Source: Acidobacteriota bacterium (lineage in GTDB: Bacteria; Acidobacteriota; UBA6911; RPQK01; CBDDCF01). Taken from it: a stretch of DNA of 64,000 nucleotides. Where the stretch lies: contig CBDDCF010000026.1 in NCBI GenBank assembly GCA_965225995.1, positions 106,172 to 170,171 of the forward strand, given 5' to 3'. The notes under the pieces were generated by a model. It had not been told where the DNA came from. It searched no databases and worked only from the letters and a program-made list of their open reading frames with translations. A program made the position numbers and the translations under genes. Positions 20,092 through 29,938 of the stretch are shown here, piece by piece. Numbering within the stretch: the first letter of the stretch is position 1; every line of letters begins with the position of its first letter.

Positions 20092-20922
20092 TCAGGGCAG
20101 GAACTCGTGACTTTCGCCAGGCTCCAGCACAATGCTGTCGGTAAAGTTCTCGCGAATGGTCTGAAGCCGACGCTTACGGGTTCGGGAACTTCCGAAAAAG
20201 CCCGACGGTGCCCCTTCGGAAGCCAGGTGCATCGCGACGATCCAGCGGGGGCGAAGGTACTCTTTCACGACTTCTATCCATCGAGATTCCGTGAGGAACC
20301 AGGCAGGTAGCAGAGCTACATCGACCGAGTTTTCCAGCATCGGATAACGCTTGAAATCAGTGAGATTGGCCTCGGTGTCTCCGACATGAAGGATGCGTAG
20401 CCCGCCAAGATGGATAATGTAGCCGAGATTCTGAATCTCGGGTCTTGAACGACCGTGGTGAAGATTCAGCACATCCACTTCGATCCCTTTCACGGTGTGG
20501 CGCTCCACTGTCCCTTCAGGAGGATAAAGCCCCCGAACATGCCCGGCATTTGCCACCTTCTTGGGGTTCAATCTCTCAACGGCTTGATAGGTCGAAAAGA
20601 AAACAGCCTCGGCATTGGACTGGAGATGTCGGCTCACAGGCCCAGGGCTGAAATGATCATCGTGAAAGTGGGTGGCCAAGATCAAATCGACTCCCAGGTA
20701 AGGGGCCGCCCCGCCCTCTAACAAGAGCTGCTGCTGCGGGGTTGGCCTGGGGTAATGTCGAATACCATCGAACAGAGCATCAATCAGCACCTTTTCCTCC
20801 CCCGAGGAGAGTAGAAAGCCTTCGTTGGCGATAGCCAAGATCCGAGTCTGCGAGAATCCGTGGATCGAAATCGAGAGCGAGGCGATTGCCATCATCGTCA
20901 GAGACCTTGGATAGAGCTTCAT
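20092..20922 (-). CDS. secreted metallo-beta-lactamase-fold hydrolase
   Basis: 276 aa. Signal peptide. HFHDDH (HxHxDH) zinc motif. Confidence 0.8.
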   Translation of the reverse strand: MKLYPRSLTMMAIASLSISIHGFSQTRILAIANEGFLLSSGEEKVLIDALFDGIRHYPRPTPQQQLLLEGGAAPYLGVDLILATHFHDDHFSPGPVSRHLQSNAEAVFFSTYQAVERLNPKKVANAGHVRGLYPPEGTVERHTVKGIEVDVLNLHHGRSRPEIQNLGYIIHLGGLRILHVGDTEANLTDFKRYPMLENSVDVALLPAWFLTESRWIEVVKEYLRPRWIVAMHLASEGAPSGFFGSSRTRKRRLQTIRENFTDSIVLEPGESHEFLP

Positions 20923-21008
20923 GGACTATCAAGACGAAGGCCAATTCTGTTGGTTCCTGAATCCGCCTTGTTGGTTGTCAACGGCTGTTTCGCTATAGTC
21001 AAACGGTC

Positions 21009-21790
21009 ATGCAGATCGGTACATCCCTCGGGCGCTACCAAGTTCTAGAGCGGCTCGGTGAAGGCGGCATGGGAGAGGTCTTTCGAGCACACGATACCCG
21101 GCTCGGTCGAGACTTCGCAATTAAGAGATTGCCAAAGACGGCCGTGCCAGCGCTCAGATTAGGGCGCGGTTCGACCGTGAGGCACGGCTGCTGGCCGCGC
21201 ACTCTGCCGGCATCATCCACCGTGACGTCAAGCCCTCCAACGTCATGATTGCCGACAACGGCCGGGTCAAGCTCCTCGACTTCGGCGTGGCTCGAGCGAT
21301 TCCAGTCGAGACCGACATCGTCCCTGGCAGTGCCCAGGCTCCCACGCTCACGGCTGTTGGCTCCGCTGTCGGCACGGTGCCCTACATGAGCCCGGAGCAG
21401 CTCCGTGGCGAGGTGGCGGACGCTCGTTCCGACATCTGGGCCTTCGGCTGTGTGTTCTTCGAGATGCTTACGGGACTGCCCGCATTCGCGCGTGGCAGCG
21501 GCGCCGAAACGGTGACGGCAATCCAGGACCAGCCAGCACCGCTCGAACTGCTACCGGCTTCAACACCGCGAACTGTCCGTACCCTCCTTCACCGATGCCT
21601 CGACAAGGATCCTGAGCGTAGGCCTGAGTCGATGCGCGAGATCGCATCGGTCTTGAGTCGAACCGCCGATGATCTGCAGCCCGAGAGCCGATCCTCCGGC
21701 CTCGCCAGGCGCAGAAGGCGGATCGTAGCAGGCGGTCACGCTGACGGTCGCCACCCTGGTGGGCTGGGCCTTCTACACTCGCTATAAGGC
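21009..21790 (+). pseudogene. Ser/Thr protein kinase, disrupted (frameshift ~21130-21140 plus internal deletion)
   Basis: ORF 1 carries [25 protein letters not shown] (subdomains I-II). The -1 frame continues ...[43 protein letters not shown]...GTVPYMSPE. Only about 30 aa lie between the AIK and HRD motifs, which implies loss of subdomains III-VIa. Confidence 0.6.
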
Positions 21791-21952
21791 GGAATGGGCA
21801 CGTGACGTTGCCCTAATCTCGGCCCCACTCCGATCGAGCTCGACCGACTCCCTCTGGCAGCCTACCGCCTGCGCCTCGAGGCGCCGGGACGAGATCGACT
21901 GGAGATCGCTCTGACTAATCTCTCTGAGGAAACGGGCCCCGTCGAGTGGAAC

Positions 21953-23550
21953 GTGAACCTCGCCTCCGAAGGCACGGTTCGGGCAGGCATGGTCCGGATC
22001 GACTCCCCCGAACTCGTTGCGCGTCTCTTCGGCATCGATAGACAAGAATCAGCCAACGTCGAGGACCCTGCACCGACCTTCTTGCTCGCCAGGTACGAGG
22101 TCACCAACCGCGAGTTCGAGGAGTTCGTCAACGCGGGTGCATACCGCAACTAGGAGCTCTGGCAGGAGCCATTCGCTCGCAACGGCTCGTCCCTCAGCTG
22201 GGAGGAAGGCATGGCCGAGTTTCGCGACCGATCGGGTCGCGCTGGGCCATCCAGCTGGGAGGGTGGCACTTACCCCGCCGGCCAGGAACAGCACCCGTTT
22301 TCCGGCGTCAGTTGGTACGAGGCTGCGGCCTACGCCCGCTTCGTTGGCGCGAGCTTGCCGACCGTCTTCCACTGGGTTGCTGCTCGCGATGGCGCGGCCG
22401 TCAATATGTCCTCGATCGGCAACTTTCGCGGCAATGGCACCTACCCTGTCGGAACAGCACCGTTTGGACCCTTCGGGGTCCACGATCTCGCGGGCAACGT
22501 CCGGGAGTGGACAGGGAACGCATCGGGGGACGCCCGCTACATCCTGGGAGGCAGCTTCCAAGATCCCCTCTACATCTACTGGAACGGTGACCTGGCGGCA
22601 CCGTTCGATCGTTCATCGCGCAACGGGATACGCCTCGCTGACTACCTTTCTATCCCGCCCGAGAGCCTCTCCAAACTGATGGCCCCAATCGACCGGAACC
22701 ACGTCAACTTCACCTGGGGTGAACCGATCAGCGACGACGTCTATGCCGTGCTCGAGCGTCGTTACGACTACGATTCACACCCCCTCGCGACACGAGTGGA
22801 GGTTGCGACGCGCTCACGGTACTGGCGGCGAGAGAAGGTGAGTTACGCCGCCGCCTACGCTGGCGAAAGGATTATCGGCCAGCTCTTCCTGCCAGAAAAC
22901 GTTGAGCCCCCCTTCCAGACCGTGGTCTACTTTCCCGGCACCGGCGCGATTGGACCCGGCTCTAGCGATCGTCTCGACGGCGAGAACATCATTGCCCGAG
23001 TCGTCAAGGGCGGGCGAGCGGTGCTGTATCCCGTCTATAAAGATACGTACGAGCGCTTCGCCGGCGCCCATGGCAACGAACGTACCCCGACCCAGGCCTA
23101 CGTTGAACGCAAGGTCCGCTGGATACAAGATGTCCGGCGCTCAGTCGATTACCTGCAGACTCGCAGCGACATCGACCTCACCCGGCTCACGTATTGGGTC
23201 TCAGTTGGGGTGCCGAACTGGCACCCATCGTCCTGGCGGTCGAGCCTCGTTTCCGAGTTGGAGTATTGATGGACGGCGGCGCCCTCCTAGTGCCTGTCCT
23301 ACCGGAGGCCGACGAATCCGTTTTCGCGCCGCGGGTGCGCGTACCCGTTCTCATGTTGAACGGTCGCTACGACTATATCTTTCCGGTAGAAACCGCACAG
23401 TTACCTTTCTTCGAAAGACTCGGCACCCCTACCGAGGACAAAAAGCACTTGCTCTTCGACACGGGACATGTTGTGGTCAACAGCCACTTCGAGGCTGCGA
23501 TGACAGAGGCTCTGGGTTGGCTCGACGGCCGTCTCGGACCGGTTCGCTGA
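21953..23550 (+). pseudogene. FGE-sulfatase (SUMF1-like) domain fused/adjacent to an alpha/beta hydrolase, disrupted by an in-frame TAG (22151-22153) and a -1 frameshift (~23190)
   Basis: YEVTNREFEEFVNAGAYRN*ELWQ...WEGGTYPAG...HPFSGVSWYEAAAYARFVGASLPT...GVHDLAGNVREWTG is an FGE domain. ORFs 21953.. and 22211.. are in the same frame. The downstream part shifts frame into TTG-started 23194..23550, which carries GLSWGA (GxSxG) and a dienelactone-hydrolase-like C-terminus. Confidence 0.55.
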
Positions 23551-23559
23551 GTATCTGGA

Positions 23560-24375
23560 TTACAGTGCCAGCTTCCCCTCGTAGACCATCCTCTTCAGGT
23601 TGAACTTCTTCTTGATTTCGAAACGGCCAGGTTCGGTCACAAACTCGACCGATTTGTCTTCAAGGCTGATGCTGTGAGCGGCCCGAGGAAAGATCAGGTA
23701 GAACTCGATTCCGGCCTGTCCGGTGCGCGCGTCCACGGTCCCCGCGGGACCTTGCCGGATTTGAACACCCTCGACCAGTATGGGAGCACTTCCTTTGACT
23801 TTCAAAAAAGAAGTCGATTCCAGACTCTCGACAAACCTATCGGCACCCCCGGATCTCAGCATTCTTGGGGAGAATCCCGATAAGCCGATCACATAGTGGT
23901 TCTCCTGGCGCTGCAGTATTTGGGCCAACTTAGAAGATTCACTTCCCTCACTGTCAGGGAAGACCTTGGACAAGGCCTGTTTTAGAGGGAGCGCGGTGTA
24001 CCAACGGATCGTCATCTTCATGGATGAGCTGCCACGACCCGGACCGTTCCTGCCACCGCCTCGTCCCATGCCACCGCCACCCGTGCCACCTCGCCCCATA
24101 CCACCACCACCGGTGCCACCTCGCCCCATACCACCACCACCGGTGCCACCTCGCCCCACGCCGCCACCGCTGCGCCTTCCAGCGGAACTGCCCACCGATA
24201 GATTCACACTTGACGCCCAAGGCGACTTGGTGAGCAGCTCCAGTACATCCTCCTGGCTCCAGTCCGGAAAGGGCCGTTTTTCCCAAAAATTTTCGGCAAC
24301 GGCAGTGGCTGCCAGTAGTGTCAACGCTAGTGCTGAATGCAGCACGAGGGATACCCCTCCCAACTTGGCTCTCAT
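23560..24375 (-). CDS. secreted glycine-rich repeat protein (hypothetical)
   Basis: Probable start MRAKLGGVSLVLHSALALTLLAATAVA (signal peptide). Three tandem GRGGTGGGGM units are encoded by a 33-bp DNA repeat. The C-terminal ~160 aa have no recognisable domain. Confidence 0.45.
   Translation of the reverse strand: MRAKLGGVSLVLHSALALTLLAATAVAENFWEKRPFPDWSQEDVLELLTKSPWASSVNLSVGSSAGRRSGGGVGRGGTGGGGMGRGGTGGGGMGRGGTGGGGMGRGGGRNGPGRGSSSMKMTIRWYTALPLKQALSKVFPDSEGSESSKLAQILQRQENHYVIGLSGFSPRMLRSGGADRFVESLESTSFLKVKGSAPILVEGVQIRQGPAGTVDARTGQAGIEFYLIFPRAAHSISLEDKSVEFVTEPGRFEIKKKFNLKRMVYEGKLAL
24063..24175. repeat. 33-bp tandem repeat x3 (coding, Gly-rich)
   Basis: ccaccaccaccggtgccacctcgccccata repeated three times with small variations. 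It lies inside the 23560..24375 ORF. Confidence 0.7.
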
Positions 24376-24469
24376 AAGCTTCCACCCTTTAGAGTTTATT
24401 GTTCCTGAGGCTCGAACTCTGCGCGGACCCGCGATCATGGCCAGCTTCTCGACCCCTTCGATCCCGATA

Positions 24470-24961
24470 TCACGCGCCCCCGTTTTTCATGAGACCTAAA
24501 GTGTACAGCAGCGCGGCGGCCAGCGCGGCGGCCGTCCGAACGTGGTTCCACATCGTCCACCGGCCCAGGTAATGCTCCCACACTTCATGGGCGCCGGGGT
24601 CGGTAGCGGAGACGGCGGCCAGCTGGTCGTTCAAAGGAACGTTCCCGAGACCGGTGACGAGGAAGGTACCCACGAAATAGAAGAGCGCTCCACCCAAGAA
24701 GAGGGCCGCCGAAGGACGACCCCAGCTTGCCAGCGCGAACCCACCCGCGCCGAGCGACAGCACCGCCGTTCCGATGAACGCACCCAGGAACGAGGGGTTG
24801 AGCACGTCGACATTGATCGACTGCATCGCGGCGATACCCTCAGCGGGTGGCAGGCGCGCCAGAGCCTTCATCACGAAGCTCGAGAACGTGAAGAAGGTCC
24901 CGCCCACCAGGGCGGACCCGAGCAGGGCCATCAACCCGACGACCGATATGAGTTGGTCCAT
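24470..24961 (-). CDS. DUF1772-like integral membrane protein
   Basis: About 160 aa with 4 TM helices. MDQLISVVGLMALLGSALVGGTFFTFSSFVMKAL... is typical of the DUF1772 (anthrone oxygenase-like) family. Probable start at the internal M. Confidence 0.45.
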   Translation of the reverse strand: MDQLISVVGLMALLGSALVGGTFFTFSSFVMKALARLPPAEGIAAMQSINVDVLNPSFLGAFIGTAVLSLGAGGFALASWGRPSAALFLGGALFYFVGTFLVTGLGNVPLNDQLAAVSATDPGAHEVWEHYLGRWTMWNHVRTAAALAAALLYTLGLMKNGGA

Positions 24962-25004
24962 TTTCCCACCTCCGTTCGATGCCATGACTACACGTTCCAC
25001 ACAG

Positions 25005-25811
25005 CCGTGGCGGCGGTGCGGCGCGCAAATTCGGCGAAGTCCCCCGGCTCGCGGCCCAGTGCTCGTTGGACGCCGTCCGCCAGGTAGGCGTTGCGACCGT
25101 CGAGCACGGTGGCAAAAGGTAGTTCAACAGCCACGCGATGTCCTTCGGCAGTCCCATCTCGGCCACCCCCGCCGTGAAGGCCTCGGGCGGGATCTGGACA
25201 TATTTGATCGCGCGTCCGGTGGCGAAGGCGATTTCGTCCACTGCCTCGGCAAACGTGAGCAGTCGGGGTCCGGTGAGCTCGTAGACCTGGCCGGCATGGC
25301 CGTGGTCGGTTAGCGCGGCGACTGCGACGTCGGCGATGTCGTCCACGTCGACGAACGGCTCCCCCACCTCCCCGGCTGGGAGCGCGATCACCCCGTCCAG
25401 CACCATGTCGAGAAACTCACCTTCAGAGAAGTTCTGGGAGAACCAGCTACAGCGAACGACGGTCCATTCGATATCCGCCCGCTGGATGATAAGCTCGCAC
25501 TCCTGCGCCTCCTCTTCTCCCCGACCGGATAAGAGAACCAGGCGCCGGACCCCGTGCTCCACGGCTCGCTCAACAAAAGCTCGGATGGCGTCTGTCGCTC
25601 CCGGGATGGCCAGATCGGGGGCATAGCTGATGTATGCCGCAGTAACACCATCGAGCACGCCGTCCCAGGTGCTGTGATCGTCCCAGTCGAACGGCGGATC
25701 AGACTGCCGCGATCCCTTTCGCACTGCGTGGCCTACCTCTGAGAGTCGCTGGACGATTCGTCGACCAGTCTTTCCGGTGGCACCGAGAACGAGAAAGAGC
25801 GAGCGGTTCAT
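25005..25811 (-). CDS. NmrA-like NAD(P)-binding protein, -1 frameshift in a T4 run (plus-strand A4 at 25114-25117)
   Basis: LVLGATGKTGRRIVQRL Rossmann motif. The conserved C-terminus YLFATVLDGRNAYLADGVQRALGREPGDFAEFARRTAATAVWNV* is in the -1 frame. Adding one T (tac ctt ttt gcc) would restore the frame. Confidence 0.65.
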
Positions 25812-25922
25812 GAGTTTCCTGTCCTTTGCTGGTTTATCCTGGTTTGACCGAAGTCGTTTCCGAGAAGTTCAACTTACGTGTCGGTCTTTTCTGGATTTAC
25901 AATGACAGAGAGTTTGTAGTTC

Positions 25923-26012
25923 TTAAGGAATCACTTTCACTTCCTGACCCGCAATCTGTAGTACGTTGTTCTCGAAATGGACGGCCAGCGTAAGACCGTA
26001 GACTCGTTTCAT
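25923..26012 (-). CDS. small ORF (29 aa) with a strong Shine-Dalgarno sequence, upstream of the NmrA-like gene
   Basis: ATG preceded by aaggggagg 6 nt upstream. Encodes MKRVYGLTLAVHFENNVLQIAGQEVKVIP. No homology recognised. Confidence 0.3.
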   Translation of the reverse strand: MKRVYGLTLAVHFENNVLQIAGQEVKVIP

Positions 26013-26388
26013 GACTACCTCCCCTTACCGGGCTAAGTGCGTCTCTCGGGTAGCAGATCTCTAGACAGAGATTCCGAACGGCGCAGACCGTTTGACTCGG
26101 AGACTACGCGTACATCGACGAAGTTTCCACAAAACCACGAATAAAGCTGGGTGCCTGGCCCAGAGTTCCTCCAACCCTGGGTGGTTGCCCTTCCTGTGAC
26201 CGATCCCAGAATGGGTTCCGTACCACTCCAGAGCCGGGACGCCTCGCATCTCACCCCATGGCGCTCGTAACGCGATCCGCACCAATACTCGGACAGGCTC
26301 CTCTCCCGGACAATTCACGCGTCGTCGACTGCCCAGCGCGGATGATGGCGGGCTGCATCCGACAATTTGTGAATTATGCGGGCTTGAA

Positions 26389-27461
26389 TCAACCGGCACC
26401 CAGCTCCCTGACCACGGTTTCAATCGTGGAGAGGAAGTCCGGAAAAGAGAAAGGGGGGAACTCGACACCTTCGGGAAAGTGTCCCTGATAAAGCGGGAAG
26501 AATACGTCGGGGGGAGAGGGATTGCTCACGACCGTCTGCACACCCGCTTGTCGGTATTCTTGGATTCGCGCTCGCACGTGTGCCGGCGAGCCCGTAAGGG
26601 TCACAGCATTGACCATTTCGGAACTGATTTGTTGCAGAGCCCCGGCGACGTCACCCGCCTCGACCCGTGCCTGGATCTCGGAAACATCAGCGGCGAAGCT
26701 GGCTCGCCCAAAGCTATCGGCATAAAAGGGGGAAGACTTGGCGGCGGTGGCGAACATGAGAACTTGACCTTTGTGCTGCTCAAAAGCGCGACTATCAGTA
26801 CTCACCAATGCGGGGAAGCCGCAGGCCACATCAAAGCCTTTCAGTGATCGTCCGGCTCTTTGAGCACCGGCTGCTAGCCGAGGGTGGACGACCTGCTCCA
26901 AGTATTCCAGCGAGTAGCAGTAACCGAGAGAACGCCATCGGCGATTTCGCCGGCCAGTTCCAGCATTCGTGGCCCGATGGCAGCGATATAGATCGGAATG
27001 GACTTCTCAGGAGGCGGCATCTGCAATTGGAAATCCTGAACTCGAAAGATCTCGCCCTCGAACGTGACGCTCTCGCCTGAGAGAGCCCGCCGTAGAATCG
27101 TGACGTATTCACGCATGGCCCGTACGGGCTGCTGGTATTTTCTTCCATGCCATTGCTCCACGTAAGTGCGTGATTGGAGACCCAGCCCGAGAATGACACG
27201 GCCCGGGCACAGCTGATTGAAAGTAGCAGCCGACAACGCCATGGCCACCGGGGAACGGCTCCAAATACCCACGACACCGGTAGCCAGCTGGATCTGTTGA
27301 GTGTCGAACGAAGCGGCGACTGCCGGTACGAAAGCGTCGGCGAAAGTAATTTCGGGAAACCAGGCGCTGTGAAAACCACGTTTGTCCGCGGCCCGGGCAA
27401 GGCGGCGGATCTCCGACACTGGCAAGGCCTCGAGAAATAATCCGCTGCGCGTCGAATTCAT
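26389..27461 (-). CDS. LLM-class (luciferase-like) flavin-dependent oxidoreductase, -1 frameshift near 26930
   Basis: ORF 26874..27461 ends ...ELAGEIADGVLSVTATRW. The -1 frame gives LGYCYSLEYLEQVVHPRLAAGAQRAGRSL, which continues into ORF 26389..26901. Overall bacterial luciferase-like TIM-barrel pattern. Confidence 0.6.
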
Positions 27462-27654
27462 CGCTATCTCAATTGTCTTTGATCACAACCGGCATCACAA
27501 GCTCTGGCTTTGCAGCGACCAATAGCTTCGCGCCGAAGGCGCATCGCGATAATAGCCCGGGGCACCGCCCTTCGGCCGAGTGCCAAAGCGGCAGGTGCGC
27601 TATAATCCTCGGCACTCGAAAACCTGATTCACATACCAAGAGAGGTACTCGCCG

Positions 27655-29571
27655 ATGAACAAGAACCTGTCACTTGTTGTGCTTTCGATATTGGCTCTGC
27701 TGACCGGTTGTCAGGGCGGGGAAACAGTTGCTCCTTTGCCCAATTACACAATCGAACAGTTCCTGGACACGGTCCAGGTGTCGGGCAGCTCTTTCTCCGC
27801 GGATGGTCAACGCATTCTCTTCTCCACCAACCAGAGCGGCATCTTCAATGCCTCGTCTGTTCCGGTAACCGGGGGAGAGCCTACTCAGATTACCGACTCG
27901 AGTGAGGAATCGATGTATGCGGTTTCCTTCTTCCCCGAGGATGATCGGGTTCTGCTGAGAGCCGACCAAGGTGGAAATGAGCTCAATCATCTCTTCCTGC
28001 GCGAAGAGGACGGATCGATTCGCGATCTGACACCTTGGGAGAACAGCGTCAACTCGTTTGCTGGCTGGAGCCATGATCTGGAGCGCTTCTTCGTTAGCTC
28101 CAATCGACGGGACCCACGAGCCTTCGACACTTACGAAGTGAGCCTTACTACTCTCGAACCACGCATGATCTTCCAGAACGACCAGGGTTACTTTCCCGGC
28201 TCAATATCGCCGGACGGGCGCTACCTCTCGCTGGTGAAGGTGACAACCAGCGCGAATACTGACATCTACCTTTACGACTTTACTGACAAGTCGACCCGCC
28301 ATCTGACTCCTCACAAGGGAGATGTCGTGCATACCCCGAGTGCCTTCTCGACTGATTCCCGGCAGCTCCACTTCCTCACCGATGAGGGCAGCGAGTTCAC
28401 TTACGTGAAAAGCCTGGATCTCGAATCGGGCCAAGCGTCGAAAGTATTCGAGACGAATTGGGATGTCATGTACTCCATTTTCTCACACGCTGGGAAGTAC
28501 CGGGTAGTCGGGGTCAATGAAGATGCCCGAACCGTAATCTCCGTCATCGATACATCTTCCGGCGAGCCGGTGGCGCTGCCCGAGTTCCCGGTCGGTGAGA
28601 TCACGTCCGTCAACATCTCCCGAGACGAGTCTCGAATGGCCTTCTACATGAATGGCTCGACTTCGCCCAACAACCTCTACGTTTATGATTTCGGGACCGG
28701 GGAGTACACCCAGTTGACCGACACTCTGAATCGTGAAATGAACGCGACGCACTTGGTGGAAGCCCAGACGATCCGTTATCCCTCATACGACGATCTTGAG
28801 ATTCCAGCTGTCTACTACCAGCCCAAGCAGGCCAGCAGCGACCACAAGGTTCCCGGTCTTGTCTGGGTTCACGGCGGTCCGGGGGGACAGTCACGGGTCG
28901 GATACCAGGCGCTGATGCAGTATCTGGTGAATCAAGGTTATGCGGTGCTGGCGGTCAACAATCGAGGCAGCTCCGGTTACGGCAAGACCTTCTTTCACCT
29001 CGACGACCTGAAGCATGGTGAGGACGATTTGCAGGATTGTATCGAGGGCAAGAAATTCCTCGAATCAACCGGGGTAGTCGACCCTGACAAGATCGGTATC
29101 ATCGGCGGAAGCTACGGCGGCTACATGGTTTTGGCAGCTCTGGCATTCGAACCGACGGCTTTCAACGTGGGAGTCGACATCTTCGGTGTTGCCAACTGGG
29201 TGAGGACCCTCAAGAGCATTCCACCCTGGTGGACGGCTCAAAAGGATGCCCTCTACGGCGAGATGGGGAATCCAGCCACCGACGAAGAATACCTGCGTCG
29301 GATCTCTCCTCTTTTTCACGCCTCGAATATCGTGCGTCCGCTGCTGGTCACTCAGGGTGCCAATGATCCGAGAGTACTCAAAATCGAGTCTGACGAAATG
29401 GTCGCGGCAGTCCAGCAGAATGGGGTTCCGGTCGAGTACGTGGTCTTCGACGACGAAGGTCATGGATTTCGCAAGAAAGAAAACGAGCTGAAGGCCTGGA
29501 AATCCATTCTTGACTTTCTGGACAAACATCTAAAGGGTCAGGCGGGAGCGGCGGCGACGACTGAAGACTAG
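27655..29571 (+). CDS. S9-family serine peptidase (prolyl oligopeptidase/DPP-like) lipoprotein
   Basis: 638 aa. Lipobox LLTGC. N-terminal beta-propeller region. C-terminal GGSYGGYM (GxSxG), Asp and His of the S9 catalytic triad. Confidence 0.85.
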   Translation: MNKNLSLVVLSILALLTGCQGGETVAPLPNYTIEQFLDTVQVSGSSFSADGQRILFSTNQSGIFNASSVPVTGGEPTQITDSSEESMYAVSFFPEDDRVLLRADQGGNELNHLFLREEDGSIRDLTPWENSVNSFAGWSHDLERFFVSSNRRDPRAFDTYEVSLTTLEPRMIFQNDQGYFPGSISPDGRYLSLVKVTTSANTDIYLYDFTDKSTRHLTPHKGDVVHTPSAFSTDSRQLHFLTDEGSEFTYVKSLDLESGQASKVFETNWDVMYSIFSHAGKYRVVGVNEDARTVISVIDTSSGEPVALPEFPVGEITSVNISRDESRMAFYMNGSTSPNNLYVYDFGTGEYTQLTDTLNREMNATHLVEAQTIRYPSYDDLEIPAVYYQPKQASSDHKVPGLVWVHGGPGGQSRVGYQALMQYLVNQGYAVLAVNNRGSSGYGKTFFHLDDLKHGEDDLQDCIEGKKFLESTGVVDPDKIGIIGGSYGGYMVLAALAFEPTAFNVGVDIFGVANWVRTLKSIPPWWTAQKDALYGEMGNPATDEEYLRRISPLFHASNIVRPLLVTQGANDPRVLKIESDEMVAAVQQNGVPVEYVVFDDEGHGFRKKENELKAWKSILDFLDKHLKGQAGAAATTED

Positions 29572-29573
29572 GC

Positions 29574-29650
29574 ACCTATCCCTTGCAACTTGCCTACAGT
29601 TGGGTCAAGTTGCCGAAACTGGGAACTGACTGCTGCTTGGCCTCGTGTCG
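29574..29650. other. conserved ~80-nt structured intergenic element, copy 1 (second copy at 59388-59470)
   Basis: cccttgcaacttgcctacagttgggtcaagttgccgaaactgggaactgactgctgcttggcctcg is about 85% identical to 59388-59465. Contains an 8-bp stem gcaacttg/caagttgc. Confidence 0.5.
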
Positions 29651-29938
29651 GTTCCTACTAGTTGGGACGGATGGGATCTACAGTCAAGGCCTGCGCTTGG
29701 CGATTTTCCGATCCTTGTCGGTTTGAGGCGGAGCTTCGCTGGGAGGATGGTCTATGGAGAAGCAGATTTCACAACTCGTAACCTGCTACAAAAGGGCTTG
29801 GAATCACGTCGCTCGGGCGAGCGCGTCTACTTCGACGATCCGGACGGGATTGAGGTCCAGGTTTCTGCCGTGGGACATGGCGTGTGAGCTGGGTACGCGA
29901 AATCCGGGGCAACTTCTGAGCTTGGAGTAGGCTAAACT

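Noticed and set aside
24063-24175. 33-bp tandem repeats as a possible CRISPR or other non-coding array
   Set aside because: Only three units with no spacers. They lie inside an ORF and encode the Gly-rich peptide repeats.
29645-29887. 80-aa ORF ending ...ERVYFDDPDGIEVQV (glyoxalase/VOC-like C-terminus)
   Set aside because: Only about 15 residues resemble the VOC fold. The N-terminal half overlaps the conserved 80-nt element. Too short to support a call.
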